Source: an uncultured Gemmatimonadota bacterium (GTDB lineage Bacteria > Gemmatimonadota > Gemmatimonadetes > Palauibacterales > KS3-K002). From it: a DNA stretch of 64,000 nt. The notes beneath the pieces are model-generated. The model saw only the letters and a list, made by a program, of their open reading frames with translations, was not told the DNA's origin and ran no database searches. Positions 52,681-61,674 of the stretch are shown piece after piece. The translations under genes were made by a program, and so were the position numbers. Within the stretch, counting starts at the first letter, position 1. Each line of letters starts with the position of its first letter. The DNA lies in assembly GCA_964345885.1 (NCBI GenBank), contig CAYFSW010000124.1, forward strand, positions 4,042 to 68,041, given 5' to 3'.

Positions 52681-53421
52681 ATGCGCTGGGAATACGCGGG
52701 TAGAAGCGATATCGGCAAGGTCCGGCAGGGCAACGAGGACGCGCTCTTCGCCAGCGAGGAGCAGGGTGTGTTCATCGTGGCCGACGGGATGGGGGGGCAT
52801 GTCGCGGGCGAAGTTGCCAGCCAGATCGTGACCGAGACGGTCGGACCGGGGGTCAGCGAGGCGCTGGAAGTCGGCCTCGAGGGTGCCGAGCTGGAGAACC
52901 GCGTCCTCGAGCTCATCGAGGAGGCAAACCGGGCGATTCTCGAGCGCGCCGACAACGAGCCCGAGAAGCGGGGCATGGGGACGACGTTGACGCTGCTCAC
53001 CCTGGTGCCCGGCAAAGGGTATCTGATCGACCAGGTGGGTGACAGCCGCGGCTATCTGCTGCGCGATGAAACGCTGAGTCAGATCACTCGCGACCACACC
53101 GTCGTACAGCAGCAGGTGGATCGAGGTGCCCTGACGCCGGAACAGGCCCGCGATCACCCGCTATCCCACATCCTGACCCGAGCGTTGGGCACTGAGCTGA
53201 GCGTCGAGGTCGACACCTACGGCGACTCGGTGCAGGCGGGCGACGTTTTCCTCCTCTGCTCGGATGGGCTGAGCGGGATGTTGCCCGACGATGAGATCCG
53301 GAAGATCCTCTCTCAGGCTACCGACGATGTGCAGAAGGCCGCCGACGAGCTGATCGACGCCGCCAATGAGGCGGGCGGCATGGACAACATCACCGCCGTC
53401 GTCATCAAGATCACCGAGTAG
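52681..53421 (+). CDS. PP2C-family Ser/Thr protein phosphatase (Stp1-like)
   Basis: RSDIGKVRQGNEDA...FIVADGMGGH...DNITAVVI. ATG verified at 52681. Confidence 0.85.
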   Translation: MRWEYAGRSDIGKVRQGNEDALFASEEQGVFIVADGMGGHVAGEVASQIVTETVGPGVSEALEVGLEGAELENRVLELIEEANRAILERADNEPEKRGMGTTLTLLTLVPGKGYLIDQVGDSRGYLLRDETLSQITRDHTVVQQQVDRGALTPEQARDHPLSHILTRALGTELSVEVDTYGDSVQAGDVFLLCSDGLSGMLPDDEIRKILSQATDDVQKAADELIDAANEAGGMDNITAVVIKITE

Positions 53422-53437
53422 GACACGCGTAGGTCTC

Positions 53438-54757
53438 TCAACTCCCTACAAGCGACAAGACGGTCTCTTCGGGCGCCGTGACGAGCTCGAGGACGCGCTC
53501 GGGCTCCCTCAGCTCGGTGCGCGGCCAGGTGAATACGCGCATGACGCGGGCCGCGTGATACAGGTCGCGGCCCAGGCGCGGCAGGTCGATCAGCCCGGCC
53601 CGGCCCGCGGGCGTCAGGCGCTGGACACTGGCGTCGCGGCCCAGCATCAGAATGTCCAGCTCCAGCAGACGGGACTTGGAGGGGTAGTCGATGAAGAGGC
53701 TGCCGCGCTCGAGTCCCAACTCCTGCGCCAGATGGTCTTCCAGGGCTGCTCTCAGGTCGGGTCGTTCGTGGAACCAGGGCGCCACCTCGCGATCCAGCCG
53801 CGTGAGCGCGTCGGTGAGCGCGTCACCCCACCACTCGACGGCACGCTTCGGTAGACGGCGGTGCCTGATGGCCGGGATAAGGCGCTCCCGAGCGCGGCGG
53901 GCACTCTCGGTTTCGCTGGCGACGGCTAGGGTCTCCAATACGTTGAGCAGTTCCTCGTCGCCGGCCCCCACGATATGCTCGTGCTTCGCCCAGCCACCGG
54001 TCAGCGCCTCACGAATCAGCCGGTTGAATACCACGGAGGCTGCCCGGACCGCATGGTGCCAATAGACGTTCCGGAACATCTGGTACTTGGCGAAGAGCAG
54101 CGACTCGAGGGCGGATACGCCCTGCACGGCCACACCGATCTCGAGCCGCCCGCTCTCGGGATCGCGTAGCAGCCGCAACGAGTCGAGCAGGCGGTCGACG
54201 TCGATCGCGCCATAAGGGACACCGCAGTACTGGGCGTCGCGTGTCAGGTACTCGATCTTGTCCAGGTCCAGCGAGCCCGAGACCAGCCCCTGCAGCGGGT
54301 TCTCCGACCGGCCGAGGATCAGGGCGTGGATCGCCGCAGCCGCGCCGCTGCCCAGCGGCTCCAGCGCCGCTGCCACCTCCGGGTCGGCGAGGAACTGACC
54401 CGCCAGGTGCTCGTGGTCCTCCGGCACCAGGCCCGTCTCCAGCTCCTCGAGCGTGTGGCTGAATGGGTAGTGCCCTATGTCGTGCAGCAAGCCGGCAAGG
54501 CGGAGAATAGAACGATCGCGCTCCGGGAGGCCGTCAAGCTGGCCGGACTCCTCCAGCAACCCGAGCGCTCGCCCCGTCAGGTGGTAGACACCGAGGGCGT
54601 GGTCGAAGCGGGTGTGGATGGCGCCGGGATAGACCAGGTAAGCCAGCCCCAGCTGCTTCACCCGGCGCAGACGCTGGAAGGCGGCCGTGTCGATCAGGCG
54701 AAGCGCCGAGCTTTCAATCCAGATGTTCTGCCAGATGGGGTCGCGGATGACTGTCAT
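53438..54757 (-). CDS. HD domain phosphohydrolase (dGTP triphosphohydrolase-like)
   Basis: HTRFDHALGV...LLHDIGHYPFSH is an HD motif. Confidence 0.75.
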   Translation of the reverse strand: MTVIRDPIWQNIWIESSALRLIDTAAFQRLRRVKQLGLAYLVYPGAIHTRFDHALGVYHLTGRALGLLEESGQLDGLPERDRSILRLAGLLHDIGHYPFSHTLEELETGLVPEDHEHLAGQFLADPEVAAALEPLGSGAAAAIHALILGRSENPLQGLVSGSLDLDKIEYLTRDAQYCGVPYGAIDVDRLLDSLRLLRDPESGRLEIGVAVQGVSALESLLFAKYQMFRNVYWHHAVRAASVVFNRLIREALTGGWAKHEHIVGAGDEELLNVLETLAVASETESARRARERLIPAIRHRRLPKRAVEWWGDALTDALTRLDREVAPWFHERPDLRAALEDHLAQELGLERGSLFIDYPSKSRLLELDILMLGRDASVQRLTPAGRAGLIDLPRLGRDLYHAARVMRVFTWPRTELREPERVLELVTAPEETVLSLVGS

Positions 54758-54818
54758 GGGACGGGAATATCAGGTACCGGTCGGCATAACACCATGGCCC
54801 CGGCTACCGAGGCCGCGT

Positions 54819-55073
54819 TCAGTGGAGCTTCTTGTACTTCTCCAGTAGCTCCTCCTCTGTCTCCGGGTAGTCGGGGTTCGGCTCGATGCAATCCACGGGG
54901 CACACTTCAATGCATTGAGGGGCATCGTGCGCGCCCACGCATTCCGTGCACTTCTCCACGTCGATCCAGTACACTGGAACGTCAGTCGCCAGACCTTCGT
55001 TCACCGCGTCGTTCGGGCAGACGGGCAGGCAGGCCCCGCAATCGATGCACTCATCGGTGATCATCATGGCCAT
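54819..55073 (-). CDS. 4Fe-4S ferredoxin (YfhL-like)
   Basis: Two Cys clusters: CIDCGACLPVCP and CTECVGAHDAPQCIEVCP. Confidence 0.85.
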   Translation of the reverse strand: MAMMITDECIDCGACLPVCPNDAVNEGLATDVPVYWIDVEKCTECVGAHDAPQCIEVCPVDCIEPNPDYPETEEELLEKYKKLH

Positions 55074-55146
55074 GCCGATAACCTCCGGTCACAAACGAGC
55101 ACCCGTTAAGATACAGTACTCCGGGCAAAGCTGCCCGGGTGAGGAA

Positions 55147-55327
55147 AATTCGGGAATCGGGGACGCTGGGACTTTGGGAGGTTGGGAAGGTGAATAGGAA
55201 ACCGTGGCATCCGTGGAATCCGTGGAATCGGGGAATCGCGAATCCCCGATTCCACGGATGCCACGGTTTCTACAATCCCCTTCCCCCACTCCCAGACTCC
55301 CGGAGTCCCCGATTCCCGAACTCCCAT
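55147..55327. repeat. Intergenic palindromic repeat, family R copy 4
   Basis: gaaaccgtggcatccgtggaatccgtggaatcggggaatcgcgaatccccgattccacggatgccacggtttc is a near-perfect ~75 bp palindrome, flanked by cgggaatcgggga and ggagtccccgattcccg. Confidence 0.6.
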
Positions 55328-55333
55328 CTAACA

Positions 55334-57049
55334 TCACCAAACCGGCGGCTCGTAGCGGATCGGCCGGTACTCGGGGAACCACATCGCGTTGGCGATCCGC
55401 TCCTCGAGATTGTCCAGAACTTCTTCCTCTGTGTGACCTTCCTCGACGGCCCGTCGGACGACGGCGCAGGCCACGGCGTACGAGCATTCACGGATCCGCG
55501 GCAGTTGCGGGTACACGGCCTCCTCGGCTAGGTCTGCCTCGGTAACTACGTCGGCCAACGCCTTGGCGGCCGCCAGGAACATCCCGTCGGTCACTCGTCT
55601 CACCTTACCAACCCAGACACCGAGGCCAACGCCCGGGAAGATGAACGCGTTGTTGCCTTGCCCGATGCGGTAGCGCGCGCCGTTGAACTCCACCGGGTCG
55701 AATGGACTTCCCGTCGCCACGATCGCCCGTCCGGCGGACCACCGTATGGCCTGCTCGGCGGTGCATTCGCTCTTGCTGGTCGGATTGGAGAGCGGGAAGA
55801 TCATCGGCCGCTCGATGAACTCGGCCATCGCTCTTACCACCGGCTCGGTGAACATTCCCGGGGTGCCCGACGTCCCGATCAGGATGGTCGGCTTCGCCCC
55901 CAGGACCGTTTCCTCGAGCGTGACCCGGGACCGGTCCTCACACTCGTAGCCCGCGAGCTCCGCCACATCCCGGGCATAGGTCGCCTTAAAATCTTCCAGC
56001 CCCTCCCGGGCCTTGGTGACCAGACCCCGGCTGTCGACCGTCCAGATCCGTTTGCGCGCCTCCTCCAGGCTGAGCCCCTCTTCCTGCAGCGCCGAGACCA
56101 GGAGGTCGGAGATCCCCTGGGCCGACGCCCCTGCCCCGGCGAACAGGATCCGCTGGTCCTTCATCGCCTGACCGGTGATCCGCAGGCCGCTGAAGACGCC
56201 CGCCACGACGACACCGGCCGTCCCTTGGATATCGTCGTTGAAGGTGCAGAGCCTGTCGCGGAATCGCTTCAGCTGGAAGATCGCGTTGCCCTTGAGGAAG
56301 TCTTCCCACTGCAGCAGCGCCTCAGGGTAGACCTTCTGGACGGCCGCCACGAACTTGTCGACGAAATCCTGATAATCCTGGCCGCGGATGCGTTTCTGCC
56401 GCAGCCCTACGTAGAGAGGATCGTTCAGCCGGTCCTCGTTGTCCGTGCCGACGTCCAGCATGATCGGCAGCGTGAGATGCGGCGGAATGCCCGCGCACAG
56501 CGTATAGAGACACAGCTTGCCGATCGGGATCCCCATTCCGCCGGCGCCCTGGTCGCCCAGCCCCAAGATCCTTTCACCGTCTGTCACCACGATGACAGCC
56601 GGGGGGCGCGGGTGGTTCGCCAGCACTGCTTCGATCTCGTTTCGTTGCTCGTAGCTGATGTACAGCCCTCGGGCCCGCCGCCAGATATGCGAGAAGTTCT
56701 GGCAGGCCTCCCCGACCACCGGCGTGTACACGATGGGCATCATCTCGTCGATGTGCTCGTGGACCAGCCGGAAGAAGAGGGTCTCGTTCCGATCCTGCAG
56801 ACTGGCCAGATGAATAAAGCGCTCGAGGTTCGTGGTCTTCGCCTCGTAGTTCTCGTATACGCGGTTGAGCTGCTCCTCGATCGGGAAGACCGCAGGTGGT
56901 ACGAGCCCCGCGATTCCCAGTGCCTTCCGCTCCTCGGCGGTGAACGCCGTGCCCTTGTTGGTAAACGGATTGAGGAGGACCGGCCGGCCCGTATGGTGGA
57001 CCGCCAGGTACTCCTCACCCGTTCGCGGATCTGTTTTGACAGACCACAT
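55334..57049 (-). CDS. NAD(P)-dependent malic enzyme
   Basis: The N-terminal NPFTNKGTAFTAEER motif is diagnostic of malic enzymes. 571 aa from ATG 57047-57049. Confidence 0.9.
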   Translation of the reverse strand: MWSVKTDPRTGEEYLAVHHTGRPVLLNPFTNKGTAFTAEERKALGIAGLVPPAVFPIEEQLNRVYENYEAKTTNLERFIHLASLQDRNETLFFRLVHEHIDEMMPIVYTPVVGEACQNFSHIWRRARGLYISYEQRNEIEAVLANHPRPPAVIVVTDGERILGLGDQGAGGMGIPIGKLCLYTLCAGIPPHLTLPIMLDVGTDNEDRLNDPLYVGLRQKRIRGQDYQDFVDKFVAAVQKVYPEALLQWEDFLKGNAIFQLKRFRDRLCTFNDDIQGTAGVVVAGVFSGLRITGQAMKDQRILFAGAGASAQGISDLLVSALQEEGLSLEEARKRIWTVDSRGLVTKAREGLEDFKATYARDVAELAGYECEDRSRVTLEETVLGAKPTILIGTSGTPGMFTEPVVRAMAEFIERPMIFPLSNPTSKSECTAEQAIRWSAGRAIVATGSPFDPVEFNGARYRIGQGNNAFIFPGVGLGVWVGKVRRVTDGMFLAAAKALADVVTEADLAEEAVYPQLPRIRECSYAVACAVVRRAVEEGHTEEEVLDNLEERIANAMWFPEYRPIRYEPPVW

Positions 57050-57294
57050 GTCCTCCTCCTGTATGCTGGCCGCCTCGCCACACAGGCCGGCGGCCGCGAG
57101 AATCAAGTCTGCAATGGACGGCCGGTCCCGACCGGCGGCCCAGCTTGTCTTACTTTGTCCCAGGACGTCGTTATCGGCGTTTGGGAGGCAGAGTCAAAAA
57201 AACGTAGAGCGCAAGAAGCGTTCCCCGGCTGGGGCGGCCGCCAGCCGTCCTCGCGCTAGGGGAGTGATAGGAATATACGTCGGCTGAACATCGC

Positions 57295-57341
57295 ACATCG
57301 AACGTCGAACATTGAGTGGGTCAACGTTCGTTGTTCGATGT
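57295..57341. promoter_or_regulatory. Large imperfect palindrome (21 bp arms, 5 bp spacer) built from TCGAACG units
   Basis: acatcgaacgtcgaacattga gtggg tcaacgttcgttgttcgatgt, with arms 19/21 complementary and more CGTTCGA repeats to 57359. It lies 3' of oadB and 5' of the malic enzyme gene. Confidence 0.4.
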
Positions 57342-57365
57342 CCGACGTTCGACGTTCGGTCGCGC

Positions 57366-58487
57366 CTAACCGAGAAGCGTGAGGAAAACCCCGGCAGCCA
57401 CGGCCGACCCGATGACGCCGGCGACGTTCGGTCCCATGGCGGGCATCAGCGGATTGACTCGCCCGTCCGTCTGGTCTGACACGAACTGCTGAACGACGCG
57501 CGCCGACATGGGAACCGCCGAGACGCCCGCTGCCCCAATGCACGGATTAATCTTCGTGCGCAGCAACAGGTTCAGCCCCTTGGCGAAGAGGACGCCGCCC
57601 GCCGTGCTGAACGAGAAGGCGACCGCGCCCAGGATCAGGATCATGATCGTTCGGTAAGTCAGGAAATGCTCGGCGTCCATGGTGGCGCCGACCGCCACGG
57701 CGAGGAACAGCGTGACAATGTCGATCAGCGCGCCGCCGGCCGTCTTGCGGAGCCGGTCCGTGACGCCCGACTCGCGCAGCAGGTTACCGAGCATCAGCAT
57801 TCCGATGAGCGGGGCGCTGGACGGGATGGCCAGCGACGCGACGAGGCCGGTCACGATCGGGAAAAGGATCGCGGTCTTCTGCGAGACCGGAATCGCTTGC
57901 GGCATGTCGATCGCCCGCTCTTTCCTGGTCGTCAGCATGCGCATGATCGGTGGCTGGATGATCGGGACCAGAGACATGTAGCTGTAGGCCGCCACGGCGA
58001 TCGGCCCCAGCAGATGCGGCGCGAGCTGGCTGGCGAGAAAGATGGACGTCGGGCCGTCGGCGCCACCGATGATGCCGATCGAAGCGGCCTCCTGCGCGTT
58101 GAAGTCCATCAGATAGCCGGCCGACAGCGCGGCGACGACGATGCCGACCTGGGCGGCCGCTCCCAGCAAGAAGGTGAGCGGCCTGCCCAGCAGTGGCCGG
58201 AAGTCGGTGAGCGCACCGACGCCGAGGAAGATGAGCGGCGGCAGAAGCTCGGTCCTGATCCCGGCCTCGTAGATGAGCGCGATGATCCCGTCGCCGTAGG
58301 ACCCCAGGTTGGCCATCGGCAGGTTGGCGAGGATAGCTCCGAATCCTATGGGGATCAGGAGCAGCGGCTCGTAGTTCTTCGCTATGGCCAGGTAGATCAG
58401 AACACCGGCGATGACGAACATCCCGACGTTGCCGATACTCAGATTGGCGAGGCCCGACTGCCTGATCAGCTCCAGCGCTGTTTCCAT
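57366..58487 (-). CDS. oadB: Na+-translocating decarboxylase beta subunit (OadB-like)
   Basis: 373 aa polytopic membrane protein. The similarity to OadB/GcdB beta subunits was judged from the whole translation; no single motif is relied on. Confidence 0.85.
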   Translation of the reverse strand: METALELIRQSGLANLSIGNVGMFVIAGVLIYLAIAKNYEPLLLIPIGFGAILANLPMANLGSYGDGIIALIYEAGIRTELLPPLIFLGVGALTDFRPLLGRPLTFLLGAAAQVGIVVAALSAGYLMDFNAQEAASIGIIGGADGPTSIFLASQLAPHLLGPIAVAAYSYMSLVPIIQPPIMRMLTTRKERAIDMPQAIPVSQKTAILFPIVTGLVASLAIPSSAPLIGMLMLGNLLRESGVTDRLRKTAGGALIDIVTLFLAVAVGATMDAEHFLTYRTIMILILGAVAFSFSTAGGVLFAKGLNLLLRTKINPCIGAAGVSAVPMSARVVQQFVSDQTDGRVNPLMPAMGPNVAGVIGSAVAAGVFLTLLG

Positions 58488-58498
58488 CGGCAGCCCCT

Positions 58499-60364
58499 CT
58501 AGGCGATCGTCATGATCGGATTCGACGAGTCGATCTCGTCACCAATCTCAACATGAATCGCCGTCACCTTACCGGCGACCGGTGACTTGATGTCGTGCTT
58601 GGCCTTCATCGCCTCCACGGCGGCGACAACCGTTCCAACCGCTACCTGATCGCCCTCTTTGACCAGCAGGTCGACGACCTCTACGGAGCCGGCGAACGTG
58701 GAGTGCACCGTGGTTCCGGCCGCCGGCGCGGCGGTAGCAGCGGGCGCGGCGGACGCGGCGGGCGCGCTGGACGCAGCGGGCGCGCCTGCGGTCTGCCCGG
58801 CCGGCTCCAACGTCACGACGAACGTCCGCTTCGTACCGTTCTCTTCGACAGTGCAGCGCGTCGTGGTCGGGCCGGTCAGCGCTGGCGCCGCTGCCGCGGC
58901 GGGTGCCGCCTCCGCGGGAACTGCCTTCTCCGCCTTCTTCTTGAGCGGTACGTCGACCTTGGGTTTACCCGTCAAAAGCCGGATGCCCTCGTTTAGCTCC
59001 ATCTTCTTGCCCGGGACCATCGCGGCGACCACCAGGAAGATGTTCTCGTCCGTCGTCGGCAGCCCCCGCTCCTCGAGCGCCTGCTTCGCCGGTTCGATGT
59101 TCTTGGGCGCCGCCTCCAGCGGGTCACCCTCGAACACCGGCAGCTCCAGCTGCTCGGACGCGATCTTCACGACCTCGGGATCGGGGGGCAGTGGCGTCCT
59201 TCCGAAGTAGCCCAGTACCGCCCGGCCGTAGCCCGGATCGATCTTCTCCCAGCGGCCGTACATCACGTTGTTGAACGCCTGCAGCCAGTACTGCTGGCTG
59301 CCCGGAGTCACGCTCGTCCAGGCGCCACCCGCCTCCACGACGATCGGGAATTCCGACAGCACCTCACCGTATTTCTCCAGGATTCCCGCCTTCACCATCA
59401 TGTGCACGTTCGGCCCGATGGCGCCTCCCGGCATCGGGAAACCCAGGACGCGGGGGTCCGCTGTCGTCGTCGTCGGATTGAAGTCGTACTCCTCCATGAG
59501 CTCGTTCAGCATGGCCTCGATCTCGGGCAGCTTGGAGACGTCGATGTCCAACGAGTAACCGGTTCCCTTCAGCGCGTGCGCCAACGAGCGTGCGTCGGGC
59601 TGAACGGTTCCGCTGGCCATCGGCCGGCACGAGAGATCGGCACCGTCGGCGCCTCCGTGGATCGCCGCCATGTAGCAGGCGACCGCGGTGCTGGCCGTGT
59701 CGTGCGTGTGCATCCAAAGCGGCATCTCGGGCGGCATGATCTTCTTCAGCCCGACCGCCGTGTCGTATACCGTCTTCGGGTCCGTCGTACCGCTGGCGTC
59801 CTTGAGGCAGATGCTGTCGATATGCACATCGCCCTCCAGCAGCTTCTTGCCGATATTGATGTAGAACTCCGGCGTATGGACCGTCTCCGACTTGAACGGT
59901 AGCCCCATCAGCGCGATGCAGACCTGGTGGTGCATGCCGGCATCGACGATCGGCTGCCCGGTCTTCTCCAGGTTCTTGGTATCGTTCATGTAGTCGAAGT
60001 TCCGGTCCCAGGTCGTGCCGGCCGCCTTCATCAGCTTCGCCTGCAGCTGCAGTGCCTCGATCGACTGCGTGGTGAGCGTCACGCCCGAGACCGACCGTGT
60101 CAGGATCTGCAGGTCGACGTCGGGCCCGACCGCGGCACGCATCTTCCTCATGTCTTCGAAGGGATTCTCGCCCAAGTAGAAATACGGCGCCTGGTAACGT
60201 GCGCCGCCGCCGAACTCGAAGTGTCTGATCCCCGCCTCGGCAGAGGCCTGCATGGCCGGGAGGAAATCGGTCAGACGGACCTTGCCACCGAACGAGCTCT
60301 GCAGCCCGTCCCGGAACGGTGTGAACATTACCCGAATCTTCTTGGGATTCGTTGCGGAGATCAT
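58499..60364 (-). CDS. oadA: Oxaloacetate decarboxylase alpha subunit (carboxyltransferase plus biotinyl domain)
   Basis: N-terminal pyruvate-carboxyltransferase TIM barrel (FRDGLQS), a Pro/Ala linker, and a C-terminal biotinyl domain with the EAMK motif. Confidence 0.85.
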   Translation of the reverse strand: MISATNPKKIRVMFTPFRDGLQSSFGGKVRLTDFLPAMQASAEAGIRHFEFGGGARYQAPYFYLGENPFEDMRKMRAAVGPDVDLQILTRSVSGVTLTTQSIEALQLQAKLMKAAGTTWDRNFDYMNDTKNLEKTGQPIVDAGMHHQVCIALMGLPFKSETVHTPEFYINIGKKLLEGDVHIDSICLKDASGTTDPKTVYDTAVGLKKIMPPEMPLWMHTHDTASTAVACYMAAIHGGADGADLSCRPMASGTVQPDARSLAHALKGTGYSLDIDVSKLPEIEAMLNELMEEYDFNPTTTTADPRVLGFPMPGGAIGPNVHMMVKAGILEKYGEVLSEFPIVVEAGGAWTSVTPGSQQYWLQAFNNVMYGRWEKIDPGYGRAVLGYFGRTPLPPDPEVVKIASEQLELPVFEGDPLEAAPKNIEPAKQALEERGLPTTDENIFLVVAAMVPGKKMELNEGIRLLTGKPKVDVPLKKKAEKAVPAEAAPAAAAAPALTGPTTTRCTVEENGTKRTFVVTLEPAGQTAGAPAASSAPAASAAPAATAAPAAGTTVHSTFAGSVEVVDLLVKEGDQVAVGTVVAAVEAMKAKHDIKSPVAGKVTAIHVEIGDEIDSSNPIMTIA

Positions 60365-60573
60365 TTTTCCTCCTCGACTCTGGTGACTTTCATTCCCGGG
60401 TATATGCTTGCGACTGCCGTCGTGACCGCGGCGAGCAGCGCGGCGTCGCTCTTCGCCAGCTTCTCAGGAAAAACCGCGACGAGAAGCCGCATGGTGACCG
60501 CCAGGATGGTCAGCAGCACGAACACCGCCAGCAGCGCTGACAGGCAGACGAACAGAAGTTGGTACGAGTCCAT
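60361..60573 (-). CDS. oadG: Oxaloacetate decarboxylase gamma subunit (OadG-like)
   Basis: 70 aa with a single TM helix, overlapping oadA by 4 bp. Confidence 0.65.
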   Translation of the reverse strand: MDSYQLLFVCLSALLAVFVLLTILAVTMRLLVAVFPEKLAKSDAALLAAVTTAVASIYPGMKVTRVEEEK

Positions 60574-60575
60574 GC

Positions 60576-61550
60576 TCAGCTCTTCCTCGAGGTGAGTTCC
60601 TCGGCCGGTCCGATTATCAGCCTACCCTTCGTAAACGGCCGCTCGTAGCCCTCGATCATCAGCTCCAGGCCATCGCCGATCCCAATGGCTCGGCCGTGGG
60701 CGATCACATCCAACTGCGGCCCCGGCTCCTCGGAACAGAGCGTCACCTGGCGGCCGATCACGGAGGAACGCTCACGGTACCGCTCCAGCAACGCTCCGTA
60801 CTCACCGGCGAGCAGCCGACCGCAGTTCACCTCTAGGGCGGCGGCGAGAGCGGCGAAGAACCTTCCCTGCGTGCAGTCCGCCGGCTGCGCGGCCGCAGCT
60901 CTCAGCGTGCCGACCCGAGGCACGAATCGTGTCGGCTCGACCTCGGGCTCGGTCTCGACGTTGACCCCCATACCCAGGACCGCTCCGCTTATCGTCTCGC
61001 CCACGCTTTGTGTGTATGCCAGCACGCCGCCTACTTTTGCGTCCTCGATAATTATGTCATTCACCCACTTGGTAGTGGCTGAGTCCTCGAGGCCGGGGAT
61101 CGAGTCGATCGCGTCCACGACGGAGACCGCTGCCAGGACAGTGAAACTGGTCGCCGGACGCTCCACCGCGCTACCCGGTCTCAGGTAGACCGACAGGTAG
61201 ATGTTGCCCGGCGGCGCGGACCAGGTCCGCCCTTTGAAACCGTGGAAGCGCTCGCCCGCGCCGGCGAGGCAAAGAACGCGATCCGGCAGGCGCGTCCCCG
61301 CTCGGCTGAGCTCGATCAACAGATCATAATGAGAGCGTTCCGCCACCTCCACCAGTAACAGGTAGGGCCAACCGGAGCCGCCGTGCACGGTGGACTCGCG
61401 GGGCTGCTCGGCCCCGTAGGCGGCTTCTATGAGGCTTCGGAGGTTGTCCGGCGGCTCCGAAGCCGGCGTCGACCAGGGATCATCGGTTCGCCCGAGTACG
61501 GTCCGGGCGTAGTCGACGCTATCAGTGTAGACTAACATCGCTTTTGGCAC
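60576..61550 (-). CDS. birA: Biotin--protein ligase (BirA-like BPL domain)
   Basis: KWVNDIIIEDAKVGGVLAYT corresponds to the KWPNDLxxxGKKLGGIL biotin-binding loop. The start codon is GTG at 61548-61550 (or ATG at 61538). Confidence 0.7.
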   Translation of the reverse strand: MPKAMLVYTDSVDYARTVLGRTDDPWSTPASEPPDNLRSLIEAAYGAEQPRESTVHGGSGWPYLLLVEVAERSHYDLLIELSRAGTRLPDRVLCLAGAGERFHGFKGRTWSAPPGNIYLSVYLRPGSAVERPATSFTVLAAVSVVDAIDSIPGLEDSATTKWVNDIIIEDAKVGGVLAYTQSVGETISGAVLGMGVNVETEPEVEPTRFVPRVGTLRAAAAQPADCTQGRFFAALAAALEVNCGRLLAGEYGALLERYRERSSVIGRQVTLCSEEPGPQLDVIAHGRAIGIGDGLELMIEGYERPFTKGRLIIGPAEELTSRKS

Positions 61551-61674
61551 GAGCGAGTAGGGTGGGGCGTCGGAGAAACCTTATATAGGGTGAAAGGCCA
61601 GGCGTTGTCAAATCGGGCCGAACTTGTAGTCTAACATCCCAAACCGCGACTCGAGCGAAGGCAACAGGCCAATC

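Noticed and set aside
61526-61637. 13 bp near-identical repeats tgtagactaacat / tgtagtctaacat at the birA start and in the birA-symporter intergenic region
   Set aside because: A single pair, one copy inside coding sequence. It could be a BirA-type operator but the evidence is too thin. Coincidence not excluded.
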